A DNA stretch of 64,000 nt from Octopus sinensis (Eukaryota). Position 1 is the stretch's first letter, and every line of letters begins with the position of its first letter. Location of the stretch: contig NC_043014.1 in NCBI RefSeq assembly GCF_006345805.1, forward strand, positions 16,368,001 through 16,432,000, read 5' to 3'. The notes under the pieces were generated by a model, which saw nothing but the letters and a program-made list of their open reading frames with translations, was not told where the DNA came from and ran no database searches. Position numbers and translations under genes: made by a program. Shown here one piece after another: positions 47,612-61,599 of the stretch.

Positions 47612-48599
47612 GGAGGTTACTTAGAGGGTCAACTGATTAGGGAGAGAGTCAACTTGGACGAGATGCAGTTTGGTTTCGTGCCAGGGAAAAGCCAGTCCAC
47701 TTATGCATTCCTTTCCTTCTTGGGACACAAAACTCTACTCGTGAAGACCTGTTGAGCCAGCGCCGCCCTAACTGGCCTCTCCATGCTGGTTGCACGTAAA
47801 AAGCACCATCCGATTGTGGCTGTTGCCAGCCTCGTCTGGGCTCCGTGCCGGTGGCATGTAAAAAGCACCAACCGATCATGGTCGTTTATTCATGGCTACA
47901 GGATTAGTGAGGCTATCTTGATGTGTATATGTATGTGTATGTTTTTGTGTCATCATCATCGTCATTGTTTAAAGTCTGCTTTCCATGCTGGCATGGGTTG
48001 GACAGCCGGTCTGAGGACTGGCAAGCCAGGAGGCTGCACCAGGCTCCAATTTGATCCAGCAAGGTTTCCACAGCTGGATGCTCTTCCTAACGCCAACCAC
48101 TCCATGAGTGTAGTGGTTGGTATATGTGTGTGTGTGCGTTGTGTTGGTTTGTTTACACCCCTAAACTTAGCAGCTCAACAAAAGTGACCAATAAAAATAA
48201 GCGCAAAGGTCAATGGGTGGGCAGAGGCTGGGGTGCAATTTGTCCAACCAAACATTCCAAAGTAGTGCCCCAGAATGGCCACAGCACAGTCCAACAACTG
48301 AAACAAGCAAAAGATACAAGAATATTATCAATCTATTGCCAATATAGTATCAATCTAGAACTAATCAATAACTAATCAGTGCCTTGACAATATTATTTCA
48401 TGGTTTATTTCTGATGATCGGAAAGATGAAACAACAAGCAATTTCTCTCCATTTTGGCTCTGCTCTTTTCTTTGTTCTGTGGTTTGATCTACACCCTCTA
48501 TTGAATACTTTATGAACTGTTGTTTATTATATACGTCATGCACACGCACACCCCATGTTTACACAATACTCTGTGTTCACTTGTTTGCTGCAAAATACA

Positions 48600-48842
48600 G
48601 CGCATATATATATGCGCTGTATTTTGTATATATATATATATGTATATATATATATGTATGTATGTATATATGTATATATATATGTATATATATATGTATA
48701 TATATATATATATGTATGTATATATATATATGTATATATGTATATATATATATATATATGTACGTATATATATTTGTATGTATATATATATATGTATATA
48801 TGTATATATATATTTATGTATATATGTGTGTATATATATATA

Positions 48843-48891
<49 letters not shown>

Positions 48892-48902
48892 ATATATATA
48901 TG

Positions 48903-48933
<31 letters not shown>

Positions 48934-48978
48934 GTATGTATATATGTGTGTATATATATGTATATATGTATATATGTG

Positions 48979-49017
<39 letters not shown>

Positions 49018-49022
49018 GTGTG

Positions 49023-49062
<40 letters not shown>

Positions 49063-49140
49063 TGTGTATGTATATATATATGTATGTGTATATGTATGTA
49101 TATATATGTGTGTGTATATATATATACACACACACATATT
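48600..49140. repeat. Compound (TA)/(TATG)/(TG) microsatellite
   Basis: Directly visible. Confidence 0.95.
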
Positions 49141-49591
49141 CATATGTTTATGTACACACCTGTGTTTGTATTCATAAACATAGGTGTATAAATATGGCAT
49201 AGCTGTGTGCTAAGAAGCTTGCCTCCCAACCACATGGTCTCATGTTCAGTCCCACTGCATGGCAACTTGGGTTAAGTGTCTTCTACTATAACCTCGGGCA
49301 GACGAAAGCCTTCTGAGTGGATTTGATAGAAGGAAACTGAAAGAAGCCAGTTGTCTGTTAAACTACCTTTCTCTTTATTAATGTCCTGAATATTCCACAC
49401 AGCCTTGGCCTTGTCGTCTCCTTTTATTTCATATATACATTCTCATACAAGAACCGCTTTCGATTCCTCACGCATATTATTATCAAACTGAGAGTTTCAT
49501 TACTGTCCTTACATAGACATACCTGCCACCTTCAATCTTCTGGATACCAATACCTCTTATGTATGTATATGCATTTATATATACATATATT

Positions 49592-49990
49592 CCTCGAGGA
49601 ATGTGAAGGCGCAGGCTGGAAAGCGGAACATTTTCCTATCGAAGTCGGATGTAGAGGGTTTGTTGGACACAGCGTGAGACGACTGTTGTTATCGCTAGGC
49701 CTAACTCATCGTAAAGTCAATACCACCATGACTAATATCCAATCTACAGTAGAGAAGGCTAGCCACTGGATTTGGTTAAAAAGAGACGATGAGCGATGGC
49801 TAGAAGTATATTGAGTTCCTCATAACCAGCTGATCTAGCAAGCGGAGCCTCATATCAGTGAGGGGGGCTGGTGCGCATTGATGCCGTCAAGAGGTCGGCC
49901 CCGAAACAGCGTGCATTCTCTCCTGATGACCCCATACACTTGCTAGCTTCCGGTATACGGAGCTTTTAACTGGTAGCACTTGCATGTGCA
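49592..49990 (+). mobile_element. 3' end of an RLE-type non-LTR element (HERO-like)
   Basis: EECEGAGW....PIEVGCRGFVGHS...LG.....VEKASHWIWLKR resembles the C-terminus of HERO-type proteins; clade assignment needs a search. Confidence 0.65.
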
Positions 49991-50400
49991 AGTTGTTTGC
50001 AAGACATATGTGTGTGTGTGTATGCTGGTGTCACGCAAAAAGCAGCTACTACACTCTCGCTTGGAGTGGTTGGCATTGGGAAGGGCTTCCAGCTGTAGAA
50101 ACTTGCCAGATTGGATTGGAGCCTGGTGCAGCCTTCTGGCTTGCCAGCCCTCAGTCAAACTGTCCGACCCATGCCAGCATGAAAAGCATATGCTAAACAA
50201 CGATGATGATAATATGTGTGTGTGTGTGTGTGTCATAATCATTATTTAACGTCCGCTTTCCATGCTAGCATGGGTTGGACGGTTCAACTGGGGTCTGGGA
50301 AGCCAGAAGGCTGCACCAGGCCCAGTCTGATCTGGCAGTGTTTCTGCAACTGGATGCCCTTCCTAACGCCAACCACTCCATGAGTGTAGTGGGTGCTTTT

Positions 50401-50953
50401 TGTCTACCTTCCTATTTTTTTAAATTTTGTTTTTTGCTAGGTTGACTCTAAGGCCCTTCGATTCTAAACCTTGCTTCCACACCTGAAACTTCTCCAGTTC
50501 TGATAGTGACTCAGCAATTAGAGCAAGGTCATCAGCATAGAGGAGCTCCCAGGGGAATCCTGTCTTGAATTCCTCCGTTATTGCCTGGAGGACTATGAGA
50601 AATAGGAGGGGGCTGAGGACTGAACCTTGGTGGACCCCAACCTCTACCTAGAATTCTTCACTGTACTTGTTGCCAACCCTCACCTGACTAACAGCGTCCC
50701 TGTACATGACTCGTACAGCTCTCACTAACCATTCATCTATCCCTAGTTTCCTCATTGACCACCAGATAAGTGATCGGGGAACCCTGTCAAAGGCTTTCTC
50801 CATGTCAACGAAAGCTAGGTATTTCTCCTGCAGCTGTCTCACCAGAAATATGGCATCAGTGGTGCTTTTCCCTGGCACAAAATCAAACTGCATCTCGTCC
50901 AAGTTGACTCTCTCCCTAATCAGTTGGGCTATGACCCTCTCCGTAACCTCCAT
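50401..50953 (-). mobile_element. Internal RT fragment of the same RTE family as 30.7-34.1 kb
   Basis: LDEMQFDFVPGKSTTDAIFLVRQLQEKYL..DMEKAFDRVPRS; GVHQGSVLSP..YADD in a shifted frame. Confidence 0.9.
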
Positions 50954-50982
50954 GTGTATATATATATGTGTGTGTGTGTATG

Positions 50983-51013
<31 letters not shown>

Positions 51014-51357
51014 ATATATATATGTATGTATATGTGTGTTTATATATGTATGTGTGTATATATATATATATATATCATCATCATCATCGTTTAACGTCCG
51101 TTTTCCACGCTAGCATAGGTTATATATATATATACGCATACATATTTATGCAAGGTGACTGTTTTGAAGAGACAATGTTAAAACTTAGATAAACAAGTTA
51201 TCTTTTATTAATTATAACGAGTCCGAGAACTTTTTGATAGCACCTCGTATGTACATAAATGTGTATGTATCTATGCCTCTGTATATCTTGGAATACACTA
51301 AATGCTTGTATTGTGCCTTTATATATTTCTAAATACTTTTTCTTCTTTCTCTTCCAG

Positions 51358-51829
51358 GTGCCCCACTTACATGCTGCTGCTCCCAGCCACTTCCTCAGCC
51401 ACCCACATGGCCCCACACAGACGCCACTTCCTCTCGCCCCTCTGCCTCTGGATGACACTCATCCTGTGCATTGCACTGCTGATGCAGCCAACCTTTGCAC
51501 TGGAGGCACAGCACCAACAGCAGCAACCCGCTGATGGCATATTCGACATGGAGAGGGACGTCGGGGCCCCACCACCGGCACCCGTGGCAGCCAGCATGCA
51601 GCTGAAACTCAACGACATCCAAAGTTACTTGAAGTCCCTCGACAAAAGCAAAAAGGGAGAGGCAAATCACGCAGCCACCACTACCGCCGCCACTGCATCT
51701 ACCACCGCCGTTCATTGTGACCCCGTGTCATTAATGTGGGGTATTGGAGATACGACAGCCTACGTAGGACGCTTGTTTACCTATCCCTTACCAAATGATG
51801 TGTTCAAAGGAGACATAAAGTCATTCAAG
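51358..51829 (+). CDS. DAG1: Dystroglycan first coding exon (ATG 51371 or 51407; signal peptide and start of the cadherin/Ig-like domain)
   Basis: Acceptor tttctcttccag| at 51357. Hydrophobic leader LCLWMTLILCIALLMQPTFA. WGIGDTTAYVGRLFTYPLPNDVFKGDIKSFK aligns with vertebrate [22 protein letters not shown]..GDIIK. Donor AAG|GTATGT, phase 0. Confidence 0.9.
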
Positions 51830-52029
51830 GTATGTACCCCATCTCTTGCACTTTTCATTTCTCTCGTTTTGCATTGCTTTTATATTGATTTCTGCTCCAT
51901 CCCTTCAACCCCCACTGTTGTCCCTTTTTTTTAACCCTTTCGTATTTGGATTATTCTACCAAATGTGATACTTATTTATTCACATTTTTCTCTCTCTTCT
52001 TTACTCTACAATCCCATTTATGCATGATT

Positions 52030-52305
52030 GTTACCAGCGTCGCCTTACTGGCACCTGTGCCGGTGGCATGTGTAAAAAGATTCGAGCAAGGTAGTTGCCA
52101 GTACCACCTGACTGGCCCCTGTGCCAGTGGCACGTAAAAACACCCACTACACTCTCGGAGTGGTTGGTGTTAGGAAGGGCATCCAGCTGTAGAAACTCTG
52201 CCAAGTCAAGATTGAAGCCTGGTGCAGCCATTTGGTTCACGAGCCCTCAATCAAATCGTCCAACCCATGCCAGCATAGAAAGCGGACGTTAAACGATGAT
52301 GATCC
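52030..52305 (+). mobile_element. 5'-truncated RTE 3' tail
   Basis: gtgccagtggcacgtaaaaacacccactacactctcggagtgg...ggacgttaaacgatgatgat. Confidence 0.85.
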
Positions 52306-53235
52306 CCATTCCTTGCGAGTATCCCCTGGCACTTCACCCTCTCCCGCTCTTGCTACCTCCTACTCCCTTTGGTGGTGTAAGCTTATATCTCCTCCACAGC
52401 AACAAACCAGTTTCTGCCCTCATTCTTGATCACTCTCTCTCCAACCATCGCTTGCCCTTACCTCTGCCTAGGTAGCCATGTACCTCCTTTACAAACAGCA
52501 CACCTATTTCTGCCCTCCTTCTCTCTGGCCAGCTAACCATGTATCTCTTCTATAGCAAGACCTCTCTGTCACACTTTAAACCCAGCGTTTCTCAACCATA
52601 AGACCATGCGTTCTCATTATATATCTTATTTTTTATTGTTTTATGTGTTCCAGTCATTTGACTGTGGCCAAGCTGGAGCACCACCTAGATAGATATGACG
52701 GGCTTTCAGTTTCTGTCTACCAAATCCACTTGCCCAAGGTGCCATGCAATGTGACTGAACCCGTGGAGTGGAGAGGGGTAGGGGAAAGTGAGGTTCATTA
52801 GTAATGTAGCCAGTCCCTCTGTGGAAGTTCCCGCCTCCCCCCAAATCCCTACCCCTGCCCCATGGGAAAGTGCGTGCATGTCTGGATAGGCACAGTCACC
52901 CTTCAGTGACAGGGGCCTGCTATGTTGTACGGTAGATAAGTTTGTGTGTCAGCGTAGCCTTGGGGAACATGTAGGAATAGAAAACTTCCACATGTCTCTT
53001 GTGAGTGTAACATAATAGCTATAGAGAAGTAATAACAATAATAACAATGGCTGGCGCTGCTCTCTCTCATTCCTTAATAATGATATGAAATGGAAAGAAA
53101 CAACAATGTCAGTATGAAAATAAACTAAAAAGATGATGATGATGATGCAATGTTTGTGTTTACATCCACATTTGTGTGTGTATGTGTATTCACATGGAGT
53201 TTCATCCTATGGCCTGGTGTGTATATGTACTTGAT

Positions 53236-53274
<39 letters not shown>

Positions 53275-53376
53275 GGAGTAAACACATAAATGTGAAACAA
53301 GGTGGAAAAAAGAGTACTCAAATACCAGTGGTAGAGTAATATGCTTTATTTAAATCAGCAGAAAATTCAACAAAAC

Positions 53377-53414
53377 CTGTTACTCTGAGTTTCACGTTGC
53401 CGTTCGTCGGACAG
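53377..53414 (-). ncRNA. Minimal type-I hammerhead-like motif with all stems intact (within Penelope-like end 53272-53425)
   Basis: CUGU-CCGACGA-ACG(GCAA)CGU-GAA-ACU(CAG)AGU-A-ACAG; predicted cleavage after GUA; U4C core variant. Confidence 0.62.
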
Positions 53415-53896
53415 TTTTTGCTAGAATAGAACCGATATGTCAATTCTATCCAGACTAGTATAAACGCTACACCTTTAAAAATGGACTTGTTTGATTGGTC
53501 CTTTACAAATAACGGTCAAATTTTCGAGCGATAAACGAAAATGAGCTCAAAAAAAATATATATATATATAAAAATTATGAAATTCGAGGAAAAAACCTTA
53601 CATCAAATCTTTGGTTAAAATACATATTGTCATTAATAAAGGAAATATAATTAATACATGAAAATTGAAAATAAAATGTTAAAATGCATTAAAATATTAC
53701 ACAACAGTACATATTCATATTACACTATACATATATACATCAAAATACACAGATAGATGTGCGCAGACCACATACATATACAGACGTATAAATACAAAGC
53801 TAAAATAAACACACAAATGCATGTACACATATGTATACGCAATCTAGCTCGCATGCAAAATCATTGTATCCATATAGACTATGATGTACACATTAC

Positions 53897-53933
<37 letters not shown>

Positions 53934-54117
53934 ATATATATGTGTATGGTTATACAAGTGTATCTGATACTTTCTGTTAACCGTCGTCAGTCTGGGTATG
54001 AATGCAATTACTCTCTCACCCAAATGCTTGTTTTTTATGTCAGATCGTATCTAAAAACAATTTAATATGAAACTGGAGGATTATTTAGTACTTCAGTTGT
54101 ATGTAATATATATATAT

Positions 54118-54340
54118 AAAGGCGGCGGGTTGGCAGAAGCGTTAGCATGTATTTCGTAGCCGTATTTCGTCTGCTGTTACATTCCGAGTTCCAAATTCCG
54201 CCGAGGTGGACTTTGCCTTTCATCCTTTCGGGATAAAATTAAGTACCAGTTATGCACTGGGGTTCGATGTAATCGACTTAATCCGTTTGTCTGTCCTTGT
54301 TTGTCCCCTCTGTGTATAGCCCCTGGTGGGTAATAAAGAA
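54118..54340 (+). mobile_element. tRNA-derived SINE (second family)
   Basis: ggcggcgggttggcagaagcgttagc...gccttt catcctttcggg...ggtaataaagaaa. Confidence 0.85.
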
Positions 54341-54341
54341 A

Positions 54342-54372
<31 letters not shown>

Positions 54373-55552
54373 CATGCGTGTGTGTGTGTATGTAGTTGTG
54401 TATAAGTATGTATGTGTATATGTATTTGTATGTATTTATGTATGCATATATGTATGTCTATATGTGTGTGTGTGTGTATTCATGTATGTGTATATATATT
54501 TCTCATGCACACAGACTAAGAGGGAATTTAAGATTTTTGGAATATTCATGAAGATATACGGTCTCTTAGTGAATGCATGTGAGTTCTTGAGCAAGGCCCT
54601 TCATTCCACCTTGCTTAAGTTTCTCGCAGCCTGTCAGAGAATCAAAAGGGCATCATCTGCTCCTTACTCAATAAGCACCGTTGTCATCAACATTTAAGTT
54701 CTTCTTTTCCATGCTGGCATGTGTTGGATAGTTTCATAGGAGGAACTTGCAAGGCCAGGGTCCACAGGAGGTTCCATGTCTGCTTTGGTTTTGGTTTCCA
54801 CAGCTGGATACCTCCCCCCTCACACTGGGTGCTTTTTACGTGACACCAGCACTCACACTAATGCTTGTCTTACATGGCACTTTGGTTTTAGGATCTCCAT
54901 TCTGTTGTGGTGGGCAGGTCTTCTTGGGTACAGCAATGTGCCACAAAACCATGGCATTGTTCATTGGTGAAGAAGTTTGCTTCCCTACCACAGTGGTCTC
55001 AGGTTCAATTCCACTGTGTGGCACCTTGGCAACTGTCTTTCCCTATAGCCCTGGGCTGACCACCAAAGCCTTGTGAATGGTGGTGAGTACAACACCGATA
55101 GTAGTAGTAGTGGTGTTGGTGTTTCAAAGGCCTCCATCTGTGTTACTGTGTCACGCCGGTGCTGTGTGAGAATTACATTAGGGTTACACGTGTCCATGGG
55201 ATACTCAGCCACTTCTCGCACTTAATTCGGTCGATTGAACAGCTGATTGATAATGATTGTCCGATTCAACTGACGATCAATATCGTACTTGGTTCCTATC
55301 GTAGTGGTGTGTGTGTGTGTGCACGTGTATAAAGGTGTGAGGGAGTGTGTTTAAATGTGAGTGAGAGGCTTTGATTGTGTGTGTGCGTGTGAGGTTTTAT
55401 GATAAAGTGTGTACGTGTGCAATGAAGATAAAAAGCCTCACTGCCACATTGTTACTCCTCTCTCACACTCAAGTGTCATACTCCACTCCACACACTCACA
55501 CTCACCTCTTTATCCTAACAGCTGACTGACAAAAAAAATCTCTTCTTACCTT

Positions 55553-56050
55553 GTTTAGCTCAAGATCAGTCCTCATCCAGACAGCCTCATGATCAAAGAT
55601 GCTCCAGCTGTGACCATCCTGTCTTCTATTCAGTCACATCTTTTATTCAGGCATAGTGTATCTAGGACTACATTATCCAATGTATAGTATTGTAGTTAGT
55701 ATTAGTGGCTATAGTTCTTGTTTAACCCCAAGTCAGTCCTGATCCAGACAGACCTATGATCAAAGATGTCCCAGCTGTGACCATCCCATCTTTTATTTAG
55801 ACATAGTGTATCTAGGACTACATTATCTAATGTATAGTATAGTAGTTAGTATTAGTGGCTACATTATCCAATGTATAGTATTGTAGTTAGTATTAGTGGC
55901 TATAGTTCTTGTTTAACCCCAAGTCAGTCCTGATCCAGACAGACCTATGATCAAAGATGTTCCAGCTGTGACCATCCCATCTTTTATTCAGACATAGTAT
56001 ATCTAGGACTACATTATCTAATGTATAGTAAAGTAGTTAGTATTAGTGGT
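55553..56050. repeat. Tandem amplification of a repeat tail (191-bp period; cattatc anchors at 55671, 55821, 55862, 56012)
   Basis: gtttaaccccaagtcagtcctgatccagacagacctatgatcaaagatg is repeated; related fragments near 1.0-1.3 kb and 61.0-61.3 kb. Confidence 0.85.
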
Positions 56051-57029
56051 TGTTGTACAGCCTTCAGTTTTACACGACATCATTGTAAGATTCAACAAAG
56101 GTTTAACTGTTATTTCTAGCAAATCTGATAACCCTAACCCTAGTTACTTTCATTGTTCGGTTGACTGATTACTACAATTTCTATTCCAGCCAAATTTATT
56201 ATATAATGTCATACATAATTAATGAGTCCATTAGTTAATCAATTAATCCTAATATTTAATGAAGTTGTACCAAATTTATCTGTCTGACCAATGCATGAAA
56301 CATTGACGGAGGCGGGGGTAGTCACTTGTGTGCTATATAGAGGGAGAGGCTTCCTTGCCACAACATCACTGAACGTCTCGCAGCTTGGAGCAAGGAGGGT
56401 ACATATATGTGGTCACCCACCTTGCTAAAAATAACAGTTTGCTGTTACCTTCACTGCTGTATGTCACATCACTGGTGCCACAGGCTGACTGGATCACAGC
56501 AGGCCTGGATGAAAGCCTCAACTTCTTGTTATTAATTTGTTTCGGATTGCAGTGGTACCTTGTGTTGTTTCTTCCCTCCTGTGAAAGCACGTGGCTTAGT
56601 GCTAGGGTATAGGGTTCACGATTGTAAGGTCAGGAGTTCAAATCCTGGCTTCTCAACCACTATGTTGATTTGGGTTCAACCTTACTGCACACCACCTTGG
56701 ACAAGTGTTTTCTTTTCAAGCCCTGGGCTGACCGTAAGCCTTGTAAGTGGGTTTGGGCATGGGACTCTGGTCATGCTGGGGCACCATTTTCACCCTGGTG
56801 CTTGTTCTATTAGATTTTTTTGCTGAACCTCTAAGTTATGAGGATGTAAATACACCAAGGCTGGTTGCCAAACAGTTGTGTGGGACAAACACACACCTGA
56901 TGGGGTTCTTTCAGTTTCCATCTACCAAATCCACTCAAGACACTTGCCCAAGCTGCCATGCAGTGGGACTGAACCCAGAACCATGTGGTTGGGAAGTAAG
57001 CTTCTTACCACACAGCCACATTACTCTTT

Positions 57030-57303
57030 TAACTCTTTTACTTGTTTCAGTCATTTGACTGCGGCCATGCTGGAGCACCGCCTTTAGTCGAGCAACTTGA
57101 CCCCAGGACTTATTCTTTGTAAGCCCAGTACTTATTCTATCGGTCTCTTTTTGCCGAACCACTAAGTGACAGGGACGTAAAAGAGACCGATAGAATAAGT
57201 ACTGGGCTTACAAAGAATAAGTCCCAGGGTCAATTTGTTCAATTAAAGGTGGTGCTCCAGCATGGCCGCAGTCAAATGACTGAAACAAGTAAAACAGTAA
57301 AAG
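57030..57303. repeat. Fold-back of CORE-SINE tail (arms ~57032-57150 / 57180-57303)
   Basis: cttattctatcggtctcttt / aaagagaccgatagaataag and flanking tail sequence on opposite strands. Confidence 0.8.
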
Positions 57304-57684
57304 AAAAGAAAGAATACACACACACATCCATGTTTAGCCTTTTGAATTTAAGCACTCCCAATATGAACACTGATGTGAATTTAATTTCCAGGCTATGGCC
57401 TCTCTATATATCCGTCTGTCCATCAATCTGCCAAGCTATATATACACACACATATATAGATATATATCTCTAGTGTACCTACGTTCGTTATTGTCGTTGT
57501 CTTTACATTATAATGTATAATGAAGTTGTAATGCAGGAAAGCAGGGAGGGGTTGGAGGGTAGATGGTGGTGGGGAGAGGTGAGAGTAGAGGATGTATGTA
57601 GAAGTTGGTTGATGGGAACTCCATGTAGACAAAACAATATATCTATGGGTGTCTGTATGTATATATATGTATATATATATATAT

Positions 57685-58735
57685 CCTTAAATCCTGAAAA
57701 ATGTTTTAGCCCGAAGGCCACGGCCATGCTGGGGTACCACCGCTGAATGAGCTACACTAATGTGTGAATCCACCTCTGATACGTGGCACTTGATCAACAA
57801 GGGAGTTCAATGCTGCTGCCCGCATCCGTGTCTCCTGTCGTGAGGTAGGTTCATCTAGGACTCCCAACAAGAAGAGATCCAGTTTAGTTTTAAAGAAACC
57901 CACATCCACACCATGTAAGTCTCTCAGGCATTTAGGGAGGATGTTAAAGAGCTGTGGTCCTCTGAAACCCAAGCTGTTGCAGTATCTGGACCTGTATTTT
58001 GATGGTGATGTTGGAATCCTTGGCACCATGCAGTGGCGCCCCGTTCTGCGGTTGGGGTAACTTTGAATGCCAAAATTTGGGACAAGACCCTCCAGGATTT
58101 TCCAGATGTATATCACTGCATATCTCTCCCGCCTCTGCTCTAGGGAGAAGAGGTTTAATATCTTCAGTCTTTCCCAGTAGCTGATATTTTGCATTGAGAC
58201 GATTTTCTTTGTGTAGCTTCTCTGAATTGCTTCGAGTTCTGCTGTTAGTTTTATATTGTGTGGTGACCACAGTTGGGAACAGTAGTCCAAGCGGCAGAGG
58301 ACGAATGTTTTCCATAGGACCATCAGTGTCTCCTTCTCTCTTGTTCTGAAAGTTCGGAGAATCCATCCAGCTAGCCGTCTGCATTTTATCACCAGATTAG
58401 CAATATGCACTTGGAAAGATGCATCATTGCTCATGTCAATGCCCAGGTCACGCACTGATTTTGACTCAGGGATTGCAATTCTTCCTGGGCCAGTGTATCC
58501 AGTCTGCACGTCGTTTACCTTTGTGTGCCAGTAGCGCAGGGCCTGGAACTTACCTGCATTAAACTGCATGTTGTTGTCCTCAGCCCACCTGTATATTGTG
58601 TCCAACTCCTGTTGCAGATGCACAATATTTTCAGTGTTTTGTATTGCGTGGGAGAATTTTGTATCATCTGCATAGCTAGCAAGGGTGGTCATCGTAGCAA
58701 CTGAAGGCATGTCTGAAAGGGCCTCTATGAACATC
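57685..58735 (-). mobile_element. 5'-truncated CR1/L2-group LINE with uninterrupted 325-aa ORF2 end
   Basis: YADDTK, LQQELDTIYRWA..NNMQFN..K, RDLG, RLDYCSQLWSP, LEAIQR..TK and SYWERLK.L.L.SLEQRR. Confidence 0.92.
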
Positions 58736-58773
58736 TATATGTGTGTATATATAGATATATATATATGTGTGTA

Positions 58774-58839
<66 letters not shown>

Positions 58840-58880
58840 TCAATAAATGGTGGGGTTGTGTTGACCGCACGTGGAGAAAT

Positions 58881-59639
58881 GATAAGTAAGGAAAAATTTT
58901 TTTTTAAATGCAGAATGCTCAAATGAAAGAAAATTTTAATAAAATGAGAAATTGATAAAATATATAAATATATATTTATTCAACCAGTTTTCGTCATTGT
59001 ATGACTTGTCAAGAATATTTATGTTTTAAAAAGTTTTTTTAAAAATTAGAAAGGGGAAAAAAAGAAAATTGCATTGTTTTTTGCAAAAGAATAATGATAA
59101 AAATGTACAAAAATTAAAAAATAAGTACTCCGATACATTGTGAGTTCGTTGTGTATCTGGAGTTTTATGATTGTTCATGAAAAAATTACCTTGAGGTATA
59201 AAGATCCAAAGGGATTAAGAGCATGTGTTGTGTGGTTTAATTCAGCATGTTGGCAGGACAGGAAGTAGTAGTAATGCTGAATTAAACCACAGAACACATG
59301 CTCTTAATCCCTTTGGATCTTTATACCTCAAGGTAATTTTTTCATGAACAATCATAAAACTCAAGATACACAACGAACTCACAATGTATCGGAGTACTTA
59401 TTTTTTAATTTTTGTACATTTTTATCATTATTCTTTTGCAAAAAACAATGCAATTTTCTTTTTTTCCCCTTTCTAATTTTTAAAAAAACTTTTTAAAACA
59501 TAAATATTCTTGACAAGTCATACAATGACGAAAACCGGTTGAATAAATATATATTTATATATTTTATCAATTTCTTATTTTATTAAAATTTTCTTCATTT
59601 GAGCATTCTGCATTTTTAAAAAAATTTTTCGTTACTATC
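58881..59639. repeat. Large AT-rich palindrome, ~365-bp arms (~97% identical), 25-bp spacer 59249-59273 (fold-back/MITE-like)
   Basis: The left arm ends ggtttaattcagcat (59248) and the right arm begins atgctgaattaaacc (59274); I counted only a handful of mismatches by eye. Confidence 0.93.
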
Positions 59640-60066
<427 letters not shown>

Positions 60067-60067
60067 A

Positions 60068-60730
60068 AAGGTGGTGACCTGGCAGAAACGTTAGCACGCC
60101 ATGCGAAATGCGTAGCCATATTTCATCCGCCGTTACGTTCTGAGTTCAAATTCTGCCGAGGTCGATTTTTGCCTTTCATCCTTTCGGAGTCGATAAATAA
60201 AGTACCAGTTACACACTGGGGTCGATGTAATCGACTTAATCCGTTTGTCTGTCCTTGTTTGTCCTCTCTGTGTTTAGCCCCTTGTGGTTAGTAAAGAAAT
60301 AGGTACTTCATTTATTGACTCCAAAAGAATGAAAGGCGAAGTCGATCTTGGCGGAATTTGAACTCAGAACATAAAGACAGACAATAACACCACTAATCAG
60401 CATTTCACCCGGCGTGCTAACGTTTCTGCTAGCTTCCTGCCTTGTGTGTGTGTGTGTGTGTTGTCTACCTTGTGTGTCTACATGTATGCGTTTTAAGGCG
60501 GCGAGCTGGCAGAAACGTTAGCACGCAGGGCGAAATGCTTAGCGGTATTTCGTCTGTCGTTACGTTCTGAGTTCAAATTCCGCCAAGGTCGACTTTGCCT
60601 TTCATCCTTTCGGGGTCGATAAATTACATACCAATTATGCACTGGGGTTGATGTAATCGACTTAATCCCTTTGTCTGTCCTTGTTTGTCTCCTCTGTGTC
60701 TTTAGCCCCTTGTGGGCAGTAAAGAAATAT
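60068..60730. mobile_element. Three second-family SINEs (+ 60068-60300, - 60300-60440, + 60495-60730)
   Basis: Family head and central domain present in each. Confidence 0.85.
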
Positions 60731-61599
60731 ATATGTATGTGTTTGTATGTATGTGCGTGTACGTTGCTTATCTGTGTGTGAATATATATATATATATATG
60801 TATGCTGTGTTTGTGTATATGTATATGTGTGTGTGTATGTATGTTGTTTATCTCCTCTGTGTGTGTATGTATGTCTTATGGTTTGTGAGGTTGGTATAGT
60901 GTGTGTGTGTGTGTAAAATTTGTGATGGTGGGGTGTGTGTTTATATGTGATTTTTGATATGTGTGTGATCGTTATATGACTCTGTGTGTGTGTGTGTGTG
61001 TAAGCTTTCAACATATAATTAAAATGATGCCTGTGGTTAAGTGTTGTCATATATAGGCCTGGGTCAGCTCTAAACAAGGAGGCTTTTTATGATCAAAAGC
61101 AATCCAGCTATGACCATCCCATATTTTTCCCACAGCTGGAAAGAGCCAAGACTATATTTGTCTAATGAGAGATACAGTGGTGTGTGATTTGAGGGGAATT
61201 TGGTTGCTTTTTCGAGCATGTGATGTGACCACATAAAAGCTCCATTTGGTATTGTGTGTGTGAGTGGAGATGTTGTTTAGCCCCAGGTCAGTCTTGATGT
61301 TCCAGCTCTGACCATCCCAACTTTTATTCAAGCCCATCCTTGCCAAGTAGTCCATTCCCAGAATGCTCACCATTGAGCACCCTGGGAGCAAACTTGGTGC
61401 AAACTTTTGCACCTTCATGAATAATTCTGTGCACAGGGGCCAATCCCAATCTGTTTGCTTATTGTCTTTATAGACACACAGACGCATGATTGCCAATTTA
61501 CCCCAGCCATCTCTGGTGTTCTCATGTCTCTTTCTCCCACTCATACCTCTCATTGTCTCTCCCCTCCTCTCTGCCAGTCTGGGGCATTTCATAAGGTTT

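Noticed and set aside
56129-56140. Interstitial telomere (TAACCC)x2
   Set aside because: Only two units; expected by chance or as part of a repeat.
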